Shown here: piece by piece, positions 1 through 9,256 of the stretch | Layout: each line of letters starts with the position of its first letter | Numbering within the stretch: the first letter of the stretch is position 1 | DNA from: a virus | IMG/VR virus record: IMGVR_UViG_3300025299_000105 | Direction: 5' to 3' (one strand) | Length of the DNA: 64,000 nucleotides | The notes under the pieces: generated by a model | Seen by the model: only the letters and a program-made list of their open reading frames with translations | What the model was told of the DNA's origin: nothing | Databases searched by the model: none | Program-made: the position numbers and the translations under genes

Positions 1-1
1 C

Positions 2-196
2 GGCCCCATCATCGACCGCGAGGGCATCCAGGTCGCGCCGATGCCGGCCAAGGGCGGCACCTGGTGCGCAGTGTCCACTGGCCGCCTGCCGAACCGTGCC
101 AGCAACTCCAACGGAGCATGGATGGAGGGGCCGACGCCGCTCATCGCCGCCATGCGGGCCTACGTGCGCGCGCGGTTCGGGCCAGAGGTCGAATAA
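2..196 (+). CDS. Partial phage NinX/DUF2591-like protein (5' end outside window)
   Basis: Frame 2 reads GPIIDREGIQ...EGPTPLIAAMRAYVRARFG, stop at 194-196; GPII and GPTPLIAAMR are motifs I recognise for this family. Confidence 0.65.
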   Translation, partial: GPIIDREGIQVAPMPAKGGTWCAVSTGRLPNRASNSNGAWMEGPTPLIAAMRAYVRARFGPEVE

Positions 197-269
197 CGGG
201 GCCCGGCCCAGGTAGGCGAGCCTCAGAGCGGCAGTTACATTGCTCTCTTTGGTTTCACTGGAGAGATCA

Positions 270-590
270 ATGAGCCTTACGCTGCCCACCCATTCGCCAG
301 GCCCGTGGATTTCATGCGACCTAGGAGACTACGGCGACTACGGCGGAAACTGTCGCGTCATTCTTGGCGATGACAGGCGCGTGGCTGTCGTACTCGGCAC
401 ACAGGAAGAGGACGCGGCAAATGCGGCATTGATCGCTGCGGCTCCGGATCTGCTCGCCGCAGCGCGATCCTCACTCCAACAAATTGAAGCAAAACTAGGC
501 TCTGATCACCCAGCGTGCTCCGCACTGCGCGTTGCAATCGAAACAGCCCTCACGATTCAAGCGCCTGACGAAGATGGCGATGCGAGCTGA
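270..590 (+). CDS. Phage hypothetical protein (HxPGPW...ANAxLIAAAPDL family)
   Basis: Motifs HSPGPW and ANAALIAAAPDLL; same family as 46144-46485. Confidence 0.75.
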   Translation: MSLTLPTHSPGPWISCDLGDYGDYGGNCRVILGDDRRVAVVLGTQEEDAANAALIAAAPDLLAAARSSLQQIEAKLGSDHPACSALRVAIETALTIQAPDEDGDAS

Positions 591-1331
591 TCAGGTTTCA
601 TCAGCCACTTCAGCTTCACCTTCGTCCACCTCTTGCGCCGGGCCTGCGTCGATCACGTCCATGGCGGGCAGCGTCAGCATGTCGCGCGCCTCTTCCACGG
701 TGCAGGTCAGCCAGCGGTCGAAGTCGTGCTCCTCGAGCGGCACCACTGAGCGCTTGTCGAAGATCTCCAGCCCCGTCGCCCGGTCGATCTCGATCTTGTG
801 CATGCGTGACATCAGCGGGTGCAGGTTCGCGTTGATGGTCAGCATGGTGTAGCTGTCCCAGACCTCGCCGGTCTTGATGTCCGTCCAGGTGTCCCACAAG
901 CCCGCGATGCCCCAGGGCCTGCCGTCCGCGCGCTTGAAGCGCCACCACTGGTTCTTCCCAGACTCCCAGTTCGGTTCGTCGAAGCTGCTGGCCGGGATGA
1001 TGCAGCGCTGGCTCTTCTTCCAGGCGTTGCTGTAGGTCGGCGACTTTTCCATCCGGTCGGTGCGCGAGTTGACGGTGCTCAGGCGCTTGCCCTTCACCTC
1101 ACCCTTGCGCGGCTTCGTCTGCGGGATGTTCGAGGTCGACCAGGGCGGAATCATCCCCCACTGCCCCACCACCAGCTCGCGCTCGTACTCGGTGAAGTCT
1201 CGCGCGCGGCGCATGAAGGGCCCCTTGCGCAGGGGATTCAGGCTCCGGAGCCACTTCTCCGCAGTACGGGCGCCGATGTACCAGGCCGCCTCGATCTCGC
1301 GGGCTTCGGGAGAGATGTAACGGGTGCACAT
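591..1331 (-). CDS. SOS response-associated peptidase (SRAP/YedK/HMCES family, abasic-site crosslinking)
   Basis: N-terminal MCTRY (catalytic Cys2), WGMIPPW, NSRTD, RCIIPASSFDEP, IAGLW, MSRMH motifs. Confidence 0.9.
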   Translation of the reverse strand: MCTRYISPEAREIEAAWYIGARTAEKWLRSLNPLRKGPFMRRARDFTEYERELVVGQWGMIPPWSTSNIPQTKPRKGEVKGKRLSTVNSRTDRMEKSPTYSNAWKKSQRCIIPASSFDEPNWESGKNQWWRFKRADGRPWGIAGLWDTWTDIKTGEVWDSYTMLTINANLHPLMSRMHKIEIDRATGLEIFDKRSVVPLEEHDFDRWLTCTVEEARDMLTLPAMDVIDAGPAQEVDEGEAEVADET

Positions 1332-1360
1332 GGTGTCCAGATTCTGCGCTCAAGAACCTG

Positions 1361-1405
1361 TTGACGGCCAGATACCCGAGGCAGATACTGTATTTTCATA
1401 CAGTT
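1361..1405 (+). promoter_or_regulatory. Sigma70 promoter overlapped by a LexA (SOS) box
   Basis: TTGACG (1361-1366), 17 nt, GATACT (1384-1389); CTGTATTTTCATACAG at 1388-1403 fits CTGT-N8-ACAG. Confidence 0.85.
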
Positions 1406-1420
1406 ATTTCGGAGCCCATC

Positions 1421-1888
1421 ATGGAATCCTCACTCGCCTCGACTCACCTCCCCGTCGCCAAACTTGCCCCAGAAATCTCCCTTGTTCCACCTACCCTCAA
1501 GCGATCCGGGAGGAAGGAGTGGATCGCCCGCTACATCGAGGAATCGCATGCCATCACGCACGGCGAAATCGACATAGAAATCACGTCGATAGAGGGCGAC
1601 GCACTTCAGCGCGTGGTCGGTCATCGGCTGCCCGAAGAGGTGGCCCGCCAGCACTACAGCGCCTGCATCGGCGATGACACCGAATTCATCCGCGCGGAGG
1701 AGAAGTTCCAGGCGCTCGCCGCCAGGGTCGGGCTCACGAAAGACAACCAGCGGCTGTCGAAGGAGATGCTGGACTTTGCCTACGGCGTGGCCACGCTCTG
1801 CGCTTGTGCTGCGGATCGCTTCCGTGATCCCCGTGAAGGCAGCGCCGGCGATCACATCCGTGGGCTGTACGGCCCGGTTCCGTTTTGA
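1421..1888 (+). CDS. Hypothetical protein, first gene behind the SOS box
   Basis: ATG at 1421 after GGAG; C-terminus resembles 2194-2430 (AGDHIR motif). Confidence 0.7.
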   Translation: MESSLASTHLPVAKLAPEISLVPPTLKRSGRKEWIARYIEESHAITHGEIDIEITSIEGDALQRVVGHRLPEEVARQHYSACIGDDTEFIRAEEKFQALAARVGLTKDNQRLSKEMLDFAYGVATLCACAADRFRDPREGSAGDHIRGLYGPVPF

Positions 1889-1903
1889 GCGCGGCTGGTC
1901 GCC

Positions 1904-2197
1904 ATGAAAGACGTCGAGTACTTCTACTTCATGCTGCCGCCAAGCATCTGGAAGAAGAAGCCCCACAGGTCATCGTTCAAGATGGACGCTGAGCACGCCG
2001 CCAAGGCCTACCCTGGCGCAACTCCAATTCTCGACACGCGCGAGATTCGAACGCTTCCAGATACTGAAGAAGAGATCCGTGCCGCGATGTTGGTAACCCA
2101 ACCCGGGTACAGCGGCTTCGACAGCACAGAAGAGGCCATCGGCCGACGCATTCAGGCCGGCAACAAGCGGACGAAGGAACAGGGCAAGCTGCCATGA
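1904..2197 (+). CDS. Hypothetical protein
   Basis: 97-aa ORF, ATGA-coupled to the next gene. Confidence 0.65.
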   Translation: MKDVEYFYFMLPPSIWKKKPHRSSFKMDAEHAAKAYPGATPILDTREIRTLPDTEEEIRAAMLVTQPGYSGFDSTEEAIGRRIQAGNKRTKEQGKLP

Positions 2198-2430
2198 GCA
2201 TTCGGGACGAGTTCGAGCAGATGGCTCGAAGCGTCGGCGAACTCGAAGCAGCCGAACCCATCCGAGAATCACTGGTCGAGTTTGCCGAACTCGTCACCGC
2301 GCGATGCGCTCGGATCGGAGACCAGTACGGCGACTGGGATCGGAACGCAGGAGATCACATCCGCGCCGAGCTGTACGACCTCCCTGGCCTCCTACCGACG
2401 ACGCGACAATCAGACCATGAGCCAAACTGA
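2194..2430 (+). CDS. Hypothetical protein, paralog of the 1421-1888 C-terminus
   Basis: IRDEFEQMARSVG...EFAELVTARCARIGD...NAGDHIRAELY aligns with AEEKFQALAARVG...DFAYGVATLCACAAD...SAGDHIRGLY. Confidence 0.7.
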   Translation: MSIRDEFEQMARSVGELEAAEPIRESLVEFAELVTARCARIGDQYGDWDRNAGDHIRAELYDLPGLLPTTRQSDHEPN

Positions 2431-2644
2431 CATCTTCCCCACCGAATCGACCACTCTCTACACGCCAGCCTGGTACAGCAGCACGGCCCGAGAAGAACGC
2501 CCTCTTCCGCTGGCGCCGGGCGACTACAAGGTCACGCCCGGGTACGGCGCCGAGCGCTGGACGGTCACGTCGCTGAAGGATGGCAGCCTGGTGTACAACG
2601 GCATCGGACCGGTAGAGATTCGACGGGCTGCGGGCCTCGATTGA
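2417..2644 (+). CDS. Hypothetical protein
   Basis: 75-aa ORF overlapping the previous gene end, operon-like. Confidence 0.55.
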   Translation: MSQTDIFPTESTTLYTPAWYSSTAREERPLPLAPGDYKVTPGYGAERWTVTSLKDGSLVYNGIGPVEIRRAAGLD

Positions 2645-2646
2645 TC

Positions 2647-2910
2647 TCACGCCTCTTCAGCTGCCGACCGACTCTCGTTGCCGCGAAGACCCTCTCGCTG
2701 CTCGATCCAGTCCACGCACTTTTTCTTCAGCATCTCATCTCCCACTTGCCGAGAGAGACAGGGACTGGCCAGCACCAGCTTACATTGGTGCCTTCCCTGA
2801 AAGCTGATGTCGGCTGCACCGGAGTAGCCCCCCTCCGGCGCAGCCGTGTGAGAAATTGAGAAAGCCCAGTCACCGGTCTTCCCTGCTGGAACGTAGGCCG
2901 CACGGTCCAT
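2647..2910 (-). CDS. Hypothetical protein
   Basis: Protein-like 87-aa ORF (MDRAAYV...KKKCVDWI) filling the gap, convergent with the SOS operon. Confidence 0.6.
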   Translation of the reverse strand: MDRAAYVPAGKTGDWAFSISHTAAPEGGYSGAADISFQGRHQCKLVLASPCLSRQVGDEMLKKKCVDWIEQREGLRGNESRSAAEEA

Positions 2911-3010
2911 GCGCAACTCCGAGCCCTTGCACGCGCGACACCCCTATTGATGATTGGCACGCGCAGCGGCGGCACTACCTTACGCGCGTCTCTGAGGGAA
3001 GTTGTGAAAA

Positions 3011-3331
3011 ATGACGGCTCTGGGGTCTTTTGACAACCGCCAAAGGCTTGACACGAAAACCAATGACTACCTTAAAACGATGGCCACCCTCTACCTGCAG
3101 ATGACCGACAAGCTGATTGCCCACTGGAAGGGCAACGGCAACGCCTACCCGAAAAAGTTCGTTCTGTCGCCGGCCCTGCGCGACGAGTACGTGCGCTGCC
3201 TGAACCTCATGACCATCCCGGGCGACCGCGACATGAGCGCCACCAAGCACATGGGCGTGCCCATCGAGATCGACGAGGCATCGCCAGGCGTGATGGTGGC
3301 AGCCGACGGCGCCGAGGTGGCGCTGCAATGA
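3011..3331 (+). CDS. Hypothetical protein (start uncertain, possibly MATLYL)
   Basis: ORF ATGA-coupled to the thermonuclease. Confidence 0.65.
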   Translation: MTALGSFDNRQRLDTKTNDYLKTMATLYLQMTDKLIAHWKGNGNAYPKKFVLSPALRDEYVRCLNLMTIPGDRDMSATKHMGVPIEIDEASPGVMVAADGAEVALQ

Positions 3332-3864
3332 GGGGCGCCCGCGCACTGCTGCTCGGCGCCCTGCTCGCCCTTCCCCTGATCGCTGCGGCCGACGTCCGCA
3401 CCTGCCTCGTGGTCGGCGTCAGCGATGGGGACACCCTCACCGCGCGCTGCGGCACCGCCGGCGCCTACGAGCAGGTCAAGGTGCGCTTCAACGGCATCGA
3501 CGCCCCCGAGAAAAAGCAGCCCTTTGGCCAGCGCGCGAAGGAGGCGATGTCGGATCTTGTCTACATGAAGGAGGTCGACCTCGACTGCCGCAAGACCGAC
3601 CGCTACGGCCGCAGCGTCTGCCGCGTCCGCGTCGCACCGAGCTCAGCACCCAGCGGCCCAAAGACCTTGGATGCCGGCCTGGCCATGATCACCATCGGCA
3701 TGGCCTGGTGGTATCGGGACTACGCGCGTGAGCAGACCGCAGAGGAGCGTGGGCAGTACGAGTTCGCCGAGAAGGAGGCGGCAGCGAAGGGCGCCGGCCT
3801 CTGGGGCGACAAGCGTGCGATGGCGCCATGGGAATGGCGCAAAGAGAAGCGTGCACAGCCCTGA
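3328..3864 (+). CDS. Thermonuclease (SNase family), probably secreted
   Basis: Signal peptide, then VSDGDTL, VRFNGIDAPE, DRYGR and GLW motifs. Confidence 0.92.
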   Translation: MRGARALLLGALLALPLIAAADVRTCLVVGVSDGDTLTARCGTAGAYEQVKVRFNGIDAPEKKQPFGQRAKEAMSDLVYMKEVDLDCRKTDRYGRSVCRVRVAPSSAPSGPKTLDAGLAMITIGMAWWYRDYAREQTAEERGQYEFAEKEAAAKGAGLWGDKRAMAPWEWRKEKRAQP

Positions 3865-3876
3865 TACATTCCGCCC

Positions 3877-4020
3877 ATGACCTTTACCACCTACCAGATC
3901 GGCAAGCTCGTCGTCTTCGGCTTGGCCGCGCTGGTATGGGGCATCTACTGCGGGCTCACTGGTCGCGATTTGAGAGGGCGACCGGTGCGCCGCGACCAAT
4001 CGCAAGACGGGCAGCAGTGA
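3877..4020 (+). CDS. 47-aa single-TM protein (absent from ORF track)
   Basis: MTFTTYQIGKLVVFGLAALVWGIYCGLTGRDLRGRPVRRDQSQDGQQ*; overlaps the 3' end of 3956-5629 on the opposite strand. Confidence 0.55.
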   Translation: MTFTTYQIGKLVVFGLAALVWGIYCGLTGRDLRGRPVRRDQSQDGQQ

Positions 4021-5629
4021 CGCCGAGCGCGGGCTGAGTCGAAGCTGCTGGAGCCGCAGCAAGCGCGCGCTGAATCGGACCCGACAATGCTGCAGCACGT
4101 GCGAGCGGTCGAGCACCGAGCCCGATCAACGAGAGTGGGCTGCCGCCCGTTGCTGCCCCGAGGCCACCAGCCAGCGCCCAATCGAGCGGCGACGACTGCG
4201 GCCTGCTGCCCACCTTCTCCGTGACCTGTGCGGCCGTCGGAAATGCCGTGGCGAACTCCCCAGCCTGCCGAAGTTCATTGGCCAGCGGCTTCCCGCGCTT
4301 GAGCTGCGCGGCAAGATCCTTCGCAGACACACTCCCTGTGGTCGGATTCAATGCGCGCTCGACGCTGTACGTGCGCGCGATCAACTGGCGGGCATTTCGG
4401 AAGTCATCGAGCATGGCCAGCGGGAACCCGTTCGTCGCGAGATGCTGCTCGATCACGTTCTCGAGTGCACCGGCGCCGTCCTTGTACGCCTTGCCCATGT
4501 CCTTCTCGCCGCGTCGATACGCTGCGTCTGCCATGCCGCGCAACTCGCGGATCTTGTCGATCGCGCTGCGCGCATCGAATGCACCGGATCGCAGGGAGTC
4601 GATCTCGGCGATCACCGGATTCGGCGCCGCATCCGGGAAGCCGGCAGCCGCGCGCCGGTATGGCGCCGTGATCCGATCGAGTGCGCGTTCGTACGCCGCC
4701 GTCGGGGTAATCGTGCCCGTGCTACCGACAGCCTCATAGGCGGCGCCGGCGCGCTGCCGGATGCTCTGCAGCAGCTCGGGAGTCAACTGCTCGGAGTCGG
4801 CGACGCCAAGGGCACGCTTCGCGAGCGAGGTCGTGACCTCCTGATTGCGCGCGCTGGCGTTCTGCGCTGTGCTGATCTTGCCGGCGAGGCCTTCGATGAT
4901 GCGATTGCCAAGCGTCGGAGACACCTGGGTCGGCGGGATGACATATCCGACGTCCTGCGCGGCCTGTGCGGCTTGGCGCACACCGAGCGGCACCTCGGGC
5001 CCGCGCAGCGTGCTGCCGATAGCTTGGCCAGCAACGCCGAGGCCGCGCACCACGCCCGGCAGCGCAGCGCCGAGCACAGCACCGGTGCCGGCCTGTTCTG
5101 GATCTGCGAGCCCTGCCGTCAGACCTCCTGAGATCGCGCCACCTGCCGAGCGCACACCGAGGCCGGCCCCTTGCGCGCTGAGACCTCCCGACGCGATCGC
5201 TTCGCCCAGCGGCACCAGAACGCTCGGAGCGACGCCACCAGCGGCACCCACTGCGCGGACGCCGGCACCTACGGCCCCGCCGACCGGCAGCGTCGCCAGG
5301 ACCTGGCCGCCGACACGGCCGACGTCCGCTGCGGTGCTGCTGCCGAACTCCTGCTTGAACTGGTCGGTGCCGACCTTGTTCATCGCGGCGACGCGCTCAC
5401 CTTCCTTGGTACCGGCGACCTTGTCGAAACCGCTGGCCAGCAGCTGTGCACCGGTGTCGATGACGTCCTTGGCGCCGCGGCCGAGACCGGCCACGAAGCC
5501 CGCCACGGGATTCACCGCTGGGGCCGCGGGGGTCGCAGCATCAAGCTGCCCGGTGAAGGGCTGCAGCGCGGGTGCTGCAGGTGCCGGCGCCGGATCGAGC
5601 TGGCCAGTGAATGGTTGAAGTTGTGCCAC
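3956..5629 (-). CDS. Putative DNA ejection (internal virion) protein
   Basis: 557 aa, Gly/Ala-rich, last gene of the late region; N-terminal LQPFTGQLD duplicated. Confidence 0.65.
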   Translation of the reverse strand: MAQLQPFTGQLDPAPAPAAPALQPFTGQLDAATPAAPAVNPVAGFVAGLGRGAKDVIDTGAQLLASGFDKVAGTKEGERVAAMNKVGTDQFKQEFGSSTAADVGRVGGQVLATLPVGGAVGAGVRAVGAAGGVAPSVLVPLGEAIASGGLSAQGAGLGVRSAGGAISGGLTAGLADPEQAGTGAVLGAALPGVVRGLGVAGQAIGSTLRGPEVPLGVRQAAQAAQDVGYVIPPTQVSPTLGNRIIEGLAGKISTAQNASARNQEVTTSLAKRALGVADSEQLTPELLQSIRQRAGAAYEAVGSTGTITPTAAYERALDRITAPYRRAAAGFPDAAPNPVIAEIDSLRSGAFDARSAIDKIRELRGMADAAYRRGEKDMGKAYKDGAGALENVIEQHLATNGFPLAMLDDFRNARQLIARTYSVERALNPTTGSVSAKDLAAQLKRGKPLANELRQAGEFATAFPTAAQVTEKVGSRPQSSPLDWALAGGLGAATGGSPLSLIGLGARPLARAAALSGPIQRALAAAPAASTQPALGVTAARLAIGRGAPVALSNRDQ

Positions 5630-5633
5630 GGGG

Positions 5634-8339
5634 TCAACCTCCGATGAAGCGCTGGCCCTGCGCGTCTTCGTAAACCGGCCGGCCGCCGGACGTGCCGACC
5701 TGGCGCGTCATGCCAGGCGGCAGGCTGCCAGGGCCCGGGGCTGCGGCAGGTGCGCTGACCTGAGCGAGACGGCGCTCCGACTCCGGCACCTCGGCCAAGA
5801 TGCCGCGGGTGGCGAGCTCGCGATTGCGCCGCTTCTGTTCGATGACCTGTGCGCTGTCGCCGGGTTGCGGGAAGTACTGCTGGCGCGCGTTCGCAAATTC
5901 CGAATCGGCGATCGCGGCACCAGACTCACGCCGCAGCGCCGCGTTGATGAAGTCGCGCTGCGCCTGCTCGACCTGCTGTTGCGCTGGACTCTGCGTCCAG
6001 TTCGCGGCCGCCCCCATTCCAACCGCATCTGCAGCGCGCTTGATGAGCCCGGGCTGATTGACGCCCGAGGCGGCCATGCGGTTCAGGATGTCTTCGGAGG
6101 CCAGCATACGGCTGCCGAACTGCAGCGCCTTCGCCTGGGTGTCGTTGAGCGTGTTCTTGCCCTTCGGGGTGTTCGGGTCCTGCGGACCGCCGGGTATCGG
6201 CTCAAGGCCGGTCCCGTCCGCCTTGACGCGGTAGCCCGTGGGCACGCCGGTATTGCCTGCACGGATTGCCTCGATGCCGAGACGTGCACGGTCGATGGCG
6301 TTGGATTCCGCCTGTTGTGCGACCTGAGCCTTGGTGCGAGCCTCGGTCGCGCGCTCCTGGATTAGCGAGCGCTGCGTCTCAGCTGCATCCTTCGCTGCCT
6401 GCGCAGCAGCGGCTACGCGCTGCTGAATCGGTGTCTGAGCGCCCTCGACCTGTTGCGCGAAGACCTGCGCTCCATTGCGGCCTGGAGGAGCGCCACGCGC
6501 CAGAGTCGTGCGCAGTGCAGCTCCATCGAACATTGCCTGGGCGGCGGCTGGACCCGGGTTCTCGATGATTGCAAGGCCGCCTTGCGGAACTGCAGCGTTC
6601 GATGCCTGCAGACGCGCCAGCCGCGCGTTGGTATCTTCCAGGCCGCCGAGTGCACCCGGGCCAGCTCCAGGCGCCGAACCAATGTTCGTTCCCGAGAAGT
6701 TGTTGCCGTCGCGGGTCACACCCAGCGGCAAGTTCGAAGCCGGTGCTGCCACGCCGGGCGGCACTGCGCCGAGGCCCGTCATGGCGTCGACAAGCGGTTC
6801 GCCCACAGGCGGCGCAGCGGGAGCCGCCGGCGCCGCGCCGCCCTGAAATTCGAGACTGCGTGGGTCGGTCAGGTTGTTCATGCGCTGCGGCGCTACTGGG
6901 GGCGGCGCAACAGCGGCGGCGGCCGGCACGAAGGTCGAAGGTCCCGTAGCCTGCACACCGCGCTGTAGCGCCGCGTCGTTCGCGTTGGTGCTGCGCGAGC
7001 TGCTTGGACGCGGGTAGATGCCGAAGACCGCGCCACCGCTTTCCGTCGGGGCCAGAGGCGCGGCGGCAACCGCTGGCGCTTCAGCCGCGAATCGCTCAGC
7101 AGGAGAACGAGGATCGGAGCCGGTCATCGAGCGGCCGGCGGCGATGGCGCGATCTGCGCCGAAGTACCCGAGACCACCTCCCACGATGCCGCCAACCACG
7201 GCGCCGGGCGGCCCGAGTACGGAGCCTGCAGCTGCGCCCATTCCGGCACCAGCACCTGCTGCACTCAGCCGGCCGACTCCTTGCGCAGCCTGGGCGGCGA
7301 CATCGAGCCCCGTGGCGTTGGGATTCGTCGCAACGTCATAGACCTGCTTTCCTTCCAGACCTACACCGAGTGCGGCACCAGCGCCGCCGAGCGCTCGCGC
7401 CACCGGAATGCGAGCACCAGCAGCCTCGGCGGCCGGCAGAGCTGCAGGTGCTGCCGCAGCCGGAACTCGCGTCGGCTGGACCACGTCGACCGGCCCCATG
7501 TTGATGGTCGGCCTGCGCCCAATGATCTCGCTGCCTGGCCCAGGTGGCGTGGTCGTCGTCACCGCCGTATTCGGAGTGGTCGCCGGCAGAGCGCTGGATG
7601 GTTGCGGCGCAGGCAGCGCCGGAGTGCGCGCAGCAGCTTGTGCACGGCGACGAAGTTCTTCTTCCGTCACCAATCCGCCGTCAGCAAAGGCAGGATGGCC
7701 GGCGCGCGTCGGCGGTGCCCCGCTGGGCCGATGGGTCGCAGCGATCATCGCCTGCACTTTGCGAGCTCCAAGCGCATGCACAGTGTCAGCTGGCAGCACG
7801 GCCTCACCATTCGACAGCATCGCCGGGACCGAATCGCTAGTCCCTGTACCTGGACCATGCACCAGACCTCCATGTGCGAACCCAACAGGTCCGGCAGCGA
7901 AGAACTGCTGCTGTGGCGCCCCAGCAAACGGCGGCGGGGCTGACGCCGCAGCGAGGGCTTGCCCTGCGACTGGCGCCGGGAGCACTGGCTTCGGAAAAAT
8001 GGGCGTCATCGCTGCAGGTGCACCGAGCGGCGGTTGCGACGGAACCGGTGGCGGCGGCCTGTAGCTGTCGATGGAGCTGACCGTACCTCCTGCCGCCTGT
8101 CCGTTGATAGCAACATTCCCGCTCACATTGCCACCCGAGTAGCTGTTGCCTACTCGGCTCACGACTCCAAGCTGCGGCGTCGAAGGAGCTGCTACCGAGG
8201 CGGGCCGATACGCACCGAGACCTGCCGCAGGCTGGGCGGCAGGTGCAGCGATCTGCGTCACACCAGGCGACTGGGCGGCAGCAGCGGCGTCTCCGAAGCT
8301 ATTCGAGCGCGGGCGCTGAGGGTCGAGGAGAGTAGCCAT
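5634..8339 (-). CDS. Putative large DNA ejection protein
   Basis: About 900 aa; C-terminal LEPIPGGP and QAQRDFINAALRRESGAAI typical of podovirus ejection proteins; AGAAAGG SD before ATG at 8339. Confidence 0.65.
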   Translation of the reverse strand: MATLLDPQRPRSNSFGDAAAAAQSPGVTQIAAPAAQPAAGLGAYRPASVAAPSTPQLGVVSRVGNSYSGGNVSGNVAINGQAAGGTVSSIDSYRPPPPVPSQPPLGAPAAMTPIFPKPVLPAPVAGQALAAASAPPPFAGAPQQQFFAAGPVGFAHGGLVHGPGTGTSDSVPAMLSNGEAVLPADTVHALGARKVQAMIAATHRPSGAPPTRAGHPAFADGGLVTEEELRRRAQAAARTPALPAPQPSSALPATTPNTAVTTTTPPGPGSEIIGRRPTINMGPVDVVQPTRVPAAAAPAALPAAEAAGARIPVARALGGAGAALGVGLEGKQVYDVATNPNATGLDVAAQAAQGVGRLSAAGAGAGMGAAAGSVLGPPGAVVGGIVGGGLGYFGADRAIAAGRSMTGSDPRSPAERFAAEAPAVAAAPLAPTESGGAVFGIYPRPSSSRSTNANDAALQRGVQATGPSTFVPAAAAVAPPPVAPQRMNNLTDPRSLEFQGGAAPAAPAAPPVGEPLVDAMTGLGAVPPGVAAPASNLPLGVTRDGNNFSGTNIGSAPGAGPGALGGLEDTNARLARLQASNAAVPQGGLAIIENPGPAAAQAMFDGAALRTTLARGAPPGRNGAQVFAQQVEGAQTPIQQRVAAAAQAAKDAAETQRSLIQERATEARTKAQVAQQAESNAIDRARLGIEAIRAGNTGVPTGYRVKADGTGLEPIPGGPQDPNTPKGKNTLNDTQAKALQFGSRMLASEDILNRMAASGVNQPGLIKRAADAVGMGAAANWTQSPAQQQVEQAQRDFINAALRRESGAAIADSEFANARQQYFPQPGDSAQVIEQKRRNRELATRGILAEVPESERRLAQVSAPAAAPGPGSLPPGMTRQVGTSGGRPVYEDAQGQRFIGG

Positions 8340-8364
8340 GGGGACCTTTCTGATGATCCCCGGC

Positions 8365-8407
8365 ATTCTTCGCGCGCGCGGCGTGTGGTGCGAACCCTAC
8401 TGGGTGG
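8365..8407 (-). promoter_or_regulatory. Late-promoter motif copy 1 plus -10
   Basis: CGAACCCTACTGGGTGG at 8391-8407; minus-strand -10 AAGAAT at 8365-8370. Confidence 0.7.
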
Positions 8408-8762
8408 CGCGCGGCATCACGCTGATGTCGAGATACGGGCCGTCGGCGCCCTTGTTCGTCAGGTGGATCGACCAGGACAGTCGCCCGTGTGGCTTCTTCG
8501 TGATGTGGCTGTCGGTTAGCAGGTGATCGAACTCGTGATGCACGTAGACGCCCTGCACCGCCGTCTTCATCTCATCGACCATAGGCCCCGGCTCGCCGGC
8601 CTCGGCAGTCCACGGCACTGCGATGAGATCGAAATCCCGAGCCATGCTGCCGTGCACGGCCAGCGCGTAGCCGTGCTTGCGGGCGATGACGACGAGTGCC
8701 GGGTAGAGCACCGCGTACATGGGCGGCGGCGCGGTCATTGCTGCAGGAGCGTCGAACGGCAC
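8397..8762 (-). CDS. Hypothetical protein with minimal nucleotidyltransferase-like motif
   Basis: LAVHGSMARDFDLIAV fits hGS-x-DxD. Confidence 0.6.
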   Translation of the reverse strand: MPFDAPAAMTAPPPMYAVLYPALVVIARKHGYALAVHGSMARDFDLIAVPWTAEAGEPGPMVDEMKTAVQGVYVHHEFDHLLTDSHITKKPHGRLSWSIHLTNKGADGPYLDISVMPRATQ

Positions 8763-9256
8763 GACGCATAGGCTGCGCTCATGGTCTCGATCTCGGTCAG
8801 GGCGTCTGCAAGGCGTCGAGCAACAACTTCCGGAAGTACCCCACTGGCCGCGCCGGCGTCTTCTGCACCAACTCCGGAGGCGGCGGCGGCACCACCTGGG
8901 GCGCTTCCACCACTGCGCCCGGCATCGCGGGTGCAGTCGCGCACCCTGACAACCACAGGAGCGCTGCGCTGGCGCTGATCGTCATCAGAGATCTGGGTGA
9001 CAGCTTTCTCATCGGTCTTCTCCTGCGCCTTGGCGCGTTTGTCGAGTTCGGCCTGCTTGGCGTCGCGTTCCTTGGTCCGCTGCTCGAGCAGCCTCTGGGC
9101 CGCGGTGTTCGTGGCCACCACGGCTGCGTTCTGGACCTGCAGCGCCAGGCCCGTGGTCTTGGCCAAGGCGCGGTAGTGCCACGTCGCGAGGCCCAGCACC
9201 ACCAGCAGTACAGCGAGCACGTAGATGACTGGCGTCTTGAGGTCGGGCACCATCAC
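8735..9256 (-). CDS. i-spanin (Rz-like)
   Basis: N-terminal TM helix, coiled coil, follows the endolysin. Confidence 0.8.
   Translation of the reverse strand: MMVPDLKTPVIYVLAVLLVVLGLATWHYRALAKTTGLALQVQNAAVVATNTAAQRLLEQRTKERDAKQAELDKRAKAQEKTDEKAVTQISDDDQRQRSAPVVVRVRDCTRDAGRSGGSAPGGAAAASGVGAEDAGAASGVLPEVVARRLADALTEIETMSAAYASCRSTLLQQ
8797..9012 (-). CDS. o-spanin lipoprotein (Rz1-like), embedded in Rz
   Basis: Lipobox LSGC, Pro-rich body, alternate frame inside the i-spanin. Confidence 0.8.
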   Translation of the reverse strand: MRKLSPRSLMTISASAALLWLSGCATAPAMPGAVVEAPQVVPPPPPELVQKTPARPVGYFRKLLLDALQTP

